Shown here piece by piece: positions 9,512 through 12,080 of a stretch of 12,080 bases of DNA. Below the pieces are notes generated by a model. That model saw only the letters and a list, made by a program, of their open reading frames with translations, did no database searches and was not told the origin of the DNA. The first letter of the stretch is position 1. Each line of letters starts with the position of its first letter. A program made the position numbers and the translations under genes. Where the stretch lies: NCBI RefSeq assembly GCF_000517525.1, contig NW_013666257.1, positions 131,399-143,478 on the forward strand. Direction: 5' to 3'. Source of the DNA: Limulus polyphemus. Taxonomy: Eukaryota.

Positions 9512-10272
9512 GTAACTACTGTGAGTTGGAAAGAAAAGAAACAGAACACTAAATATATTTTCTATTCTTATATTTTAATGTAAACACCAATATGGAAACT
9601 TACACATGTATAATAATTCTGTAATTTTATGATCCTCCATGTCACATATTCCAAAGATAATAAACTGAAACACTTATTGATTAAACTTTTATATAAATTA
9701 ATTAATGTTTTTAGCTTGCCTTGCTGTTTTCACGGTATTTGACCTTTTTTTTAATCAATTATATTTTGTTATGCAATACATGATTGTGTGAAAATCTGGT
9801 TAGTTACTGTCATCAACATATAAGACTCAATTTCAGAAACATGAAATCCATACGTAAATAGCATATTTTTTTGAAACTATTTAGTTCTTTCCTGCTGCAC
9901 ACAGATAATGTACATTGTTCATTAAGTAAAACTTGTGTCAGTATTGGAAAGTTTAAAATTCAAAACAAATGCCTACAGAATACATATAGTAAGTGTTTTT
10001 AAAGAAAACATTAAGTGAAATATGAAAATCCTAGTAATCTTAGCTAAATTACATAACAAAGGTATGTGCTTTTGTTGATCTCACAGTTGGTTTTGTGGCC
10101 ATTCATCAAAATTCACCTAGGAATTAATTTTCACATCATACATTATTGTTTTTATAACAGGTGTAAATTTGTGCTGTACAACTTTCAAAGTGTAATGTTT
10201 TCGTCTATGTTGTTTATTTATTCCACACACTAACATATCAAACTTAAGTTAGTAAACTTCAATATGTTCCAG

Positions 10273-10509
10273 GAAGCAGTACAAGTAAGGGCAACTTGTA
10301 CATTTTGTGATGACCTGGGAGTCAGAAGAAAGAATGGAGAGGAATGGTTGATTAAAATGGTTGACACAGAAACTTACATACCGGGAGTATACGAGCAGGT
10401 AGTTGGTGTTGTACCTATTACAACGTTATCTAAACGCCAGTACTGCATTATTCTTGATCCTGTTAGTGAAGATGGGAAACCTCAGCTAGGCCGGAAGAAA
10501 CTGGTTAAA
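10273..10509 (+). CDS. MVP: Major vault protein, coding exon 5 (phase 0 at both ends).
   Basis: Acceptor is tgttccAG|GAA at 10271-10272. Translation [79 protein letters not shown] matches [82 protein letters not shown], with the same spacing of 21 residues between TEK and GEEWL. The donor AAA|GTATGT at 10510 is consensus. Confidence 0.9.
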
Positions 10510-10813
10510 GTATGTTTAATGTTTTAAATATAACTGTGTCTATTATATCATAAGCCCCTTCTATATGTAAGGAAGTGAAATAATGAACTATTGCTCTTAG
10601 TTTGTCTCCTTTAACTGGTGGTAAAACACACAGTTTTTAGTAGCATAAACAAGAACCTGTGGAATTCTAACAATATGTTTTCTTCATAAGATAAATCTGT
10701 CACGAAATAAGTAAAATATCTGAATCTTTCCTTGCACACATATCATTGTTGATTTTGTCAAGACTTATGTTTTATAAGCACCTATTTGTAGTTGATTTTT
10801 TTTTCATTAATAG

Positions 10814-10945
10814 GGTGAAATATCTTTCTTTCTGATGCCTGGAGAAAGACTAGAGAATGGTATTCAAGATATCTACGTTCTGGGAGAAAATGAAGGATTG
10901 ATCCTACGAGCCAAAGAATCTTTTACAGATGATACTGTCCTGCCA
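10814..10945 (+). CDS. MVP: Major vault protein, coding exon 6 (phase-0 acceptor). The 3' boundary is less certain; the gene continues beyond the window.
   Basis: Acceptor is cattaatAG|GGT at 10812-10813. Translation [44 protein letters not shown] matches MVP [36 protein letters not shown].... Best donor is CCA|GTAATT at 10946. The downstream in-frame read-through ([23 protein letters not shown]) has no MVP similarity. The expected next motif (AGDxWLIRGP) is not found before 12080. Confidence 0.65.
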
Positions 10946-11482
10946 GTAATTAACTTTGTGATACAATTAGGGTTAGCCATTATAGGTACTAGAACTGTGA
11001 AAGGTAGTCATTTGTAGCATTTATATGCTATTATCTGAATAATGGTTTTCACTCATATTGTTGTAGTATTCTTGAATCTCTAGTCCCTGAGAATCTCTAT
11101 ACATTATATCATCTGAATGAATATATCTTTTGATTATAATTTTGTCTGTAATTCTGATCACTCGTATTTATACTATTAATTACCTTTTTGGTTTGTGCCA
11201 ATGCATTTGGCATTTTGTGGAATAGATGCAACTGGAATTATAACTTATGATTTTAACTACAACTAAACAAAAATGACACATTATTAGAAGAAAGATAGAT
11301 AAAATAAATTTTATATGTAACTTTTAATCATATGGAAAACAAATCTGGACATTTCTGAAATCATAGTCAACAATCAGTTTTATTTTTGTCACTTAAGTAG
11401 TGTCGGTCATTTCAAGTTTATTCAAAAGTTTTTTCTTGAATACTAACCTTGACAGTTTTTCTTTGATTACAGAAATAAAATG

Positions 11483-11587
11483 GGGTGTAACAAGTATGAG
11501 TAGGATATGCTAATTTTTACCAACATCTACCACAGAGTGATAGATGTTGGTAAGAATCAGCATATCCTACTCATACTTGTTACACCC
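11483..11587. repeat. Near-perfect inverted repeat forming a ~47-bp stem with a 10-nt loop, in MVP intron 6.
   Basis: Left arm gggtgtaacaagtatgagtaggatatgctaatttttaccaacatctac (11483-11530). Loop cacagagtga (11531-11540). Right arm tagatgttggtaagaatcagcatatcctactcatacttgttacaccc (11541-11587). Only two mismatches, a/g and t/c, near the middle of the stem. Confidence 0.85.
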
Positions 11588-12080
11588 TACAGAGTAATTT
11601 CGTTGCATATTTTTTTTCGTTTGAACTATATAGTTTGATCATGAATGAATCGCAATTTTGTAGTGCAAATTATTGTTGTTTTAAAAATCAAAGAAATTTT
11701 ATGTATATGTTTGGTTATTTTGGTTTGATCTGTCAAAGAATACATGGTTACTAAATTACAGGCATATATATAAGTAGTGTTGAAAAATAACATTAGACAT
11801 CATAGGAAAGGTTTAAGTAGTATCAGGATTTTTTTTCTTTGTGAAGGCCACGATTTACGTAATTATTTCTTTACGATTTATTTATAGCTTAGGTCTTTAA
11901 AATGATTAAAATTTAGGAACTGTTTATCACTTTATTTCGTACGCCCTATAATACACTATTTTAAGTTTGTTTTTTTTTAAATAAAAGTTTATTAGTTTTA
12001 TAGTTTGTTCTCAGGTTATTTAGATCTCTGTATTTTGTGTTAACTGAACTGGCGATGAAAAAAACAATAGATTAATACTT

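Noticed and set aside
1-12080. A prokaryotic defence, operon or other novel system as suggested by the prompt.
   Set aside because: The window shows spliceosomal introns with GT/AG boundaries, SINE-like repeats, minisatellites and a metazoan MVP gene. There are no Shine-Dalgarno-spaced, co-oriented dense ORFs. No such system is supported by the sequence.

Overview
Eukaryotic (invertebrate-like, AT-rich) genomic DNA, not a prokaryotic locus. The window contains the 5' part of a major vault protein (MVP) gene on the + strand. At least six coding exons are present: 912-1066, 5594-5789, 7227-7347, 9285-9511, 10273-10509 and 10814-10945. They are separated by AT-rich introns with GT/AG boundaries, and the gene continues past the 3' end of the window. 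The spliced translation is [52 protein letters not shown]|[65 protein letters not shown]|[41 protein letters not shown]|[75 protein letters not shown]|[79 protein letters not shown]|[44 protein letters not shown]. It aligns residue-for-residue with vertebrate MVP N-terminal repeat domains, as recalled from memory ([34 protein letters not shown]...PFPLYPGE...DITPLQVV...[23 protein letters not shown]...GEEWLV...[10 protein letters not shown]...YCVILDP...[23 protein letters not shown]). The 4.5-kb intron 1 carries four things. One is a 59-bp minisatellite of about 15 copies with two interleaved unit variants. Two are diverged copies of a tRNA-derived SINE-like element. The fourth is a 102-bp tandem repeat (~4.2 copies) whose period is a multiple of three and which keeps an open frame, a possible nested serine-rich repeat ORF. 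Intron 6 contains a near-perfect hairpin with a ~47-bp stem and 10-nt loop. No rRNA or tRNA genes, CRISPR arrays or prokaryotic operon structure are present. Most six-frame ORFs in the track are intron read-through or AT-rich noise.
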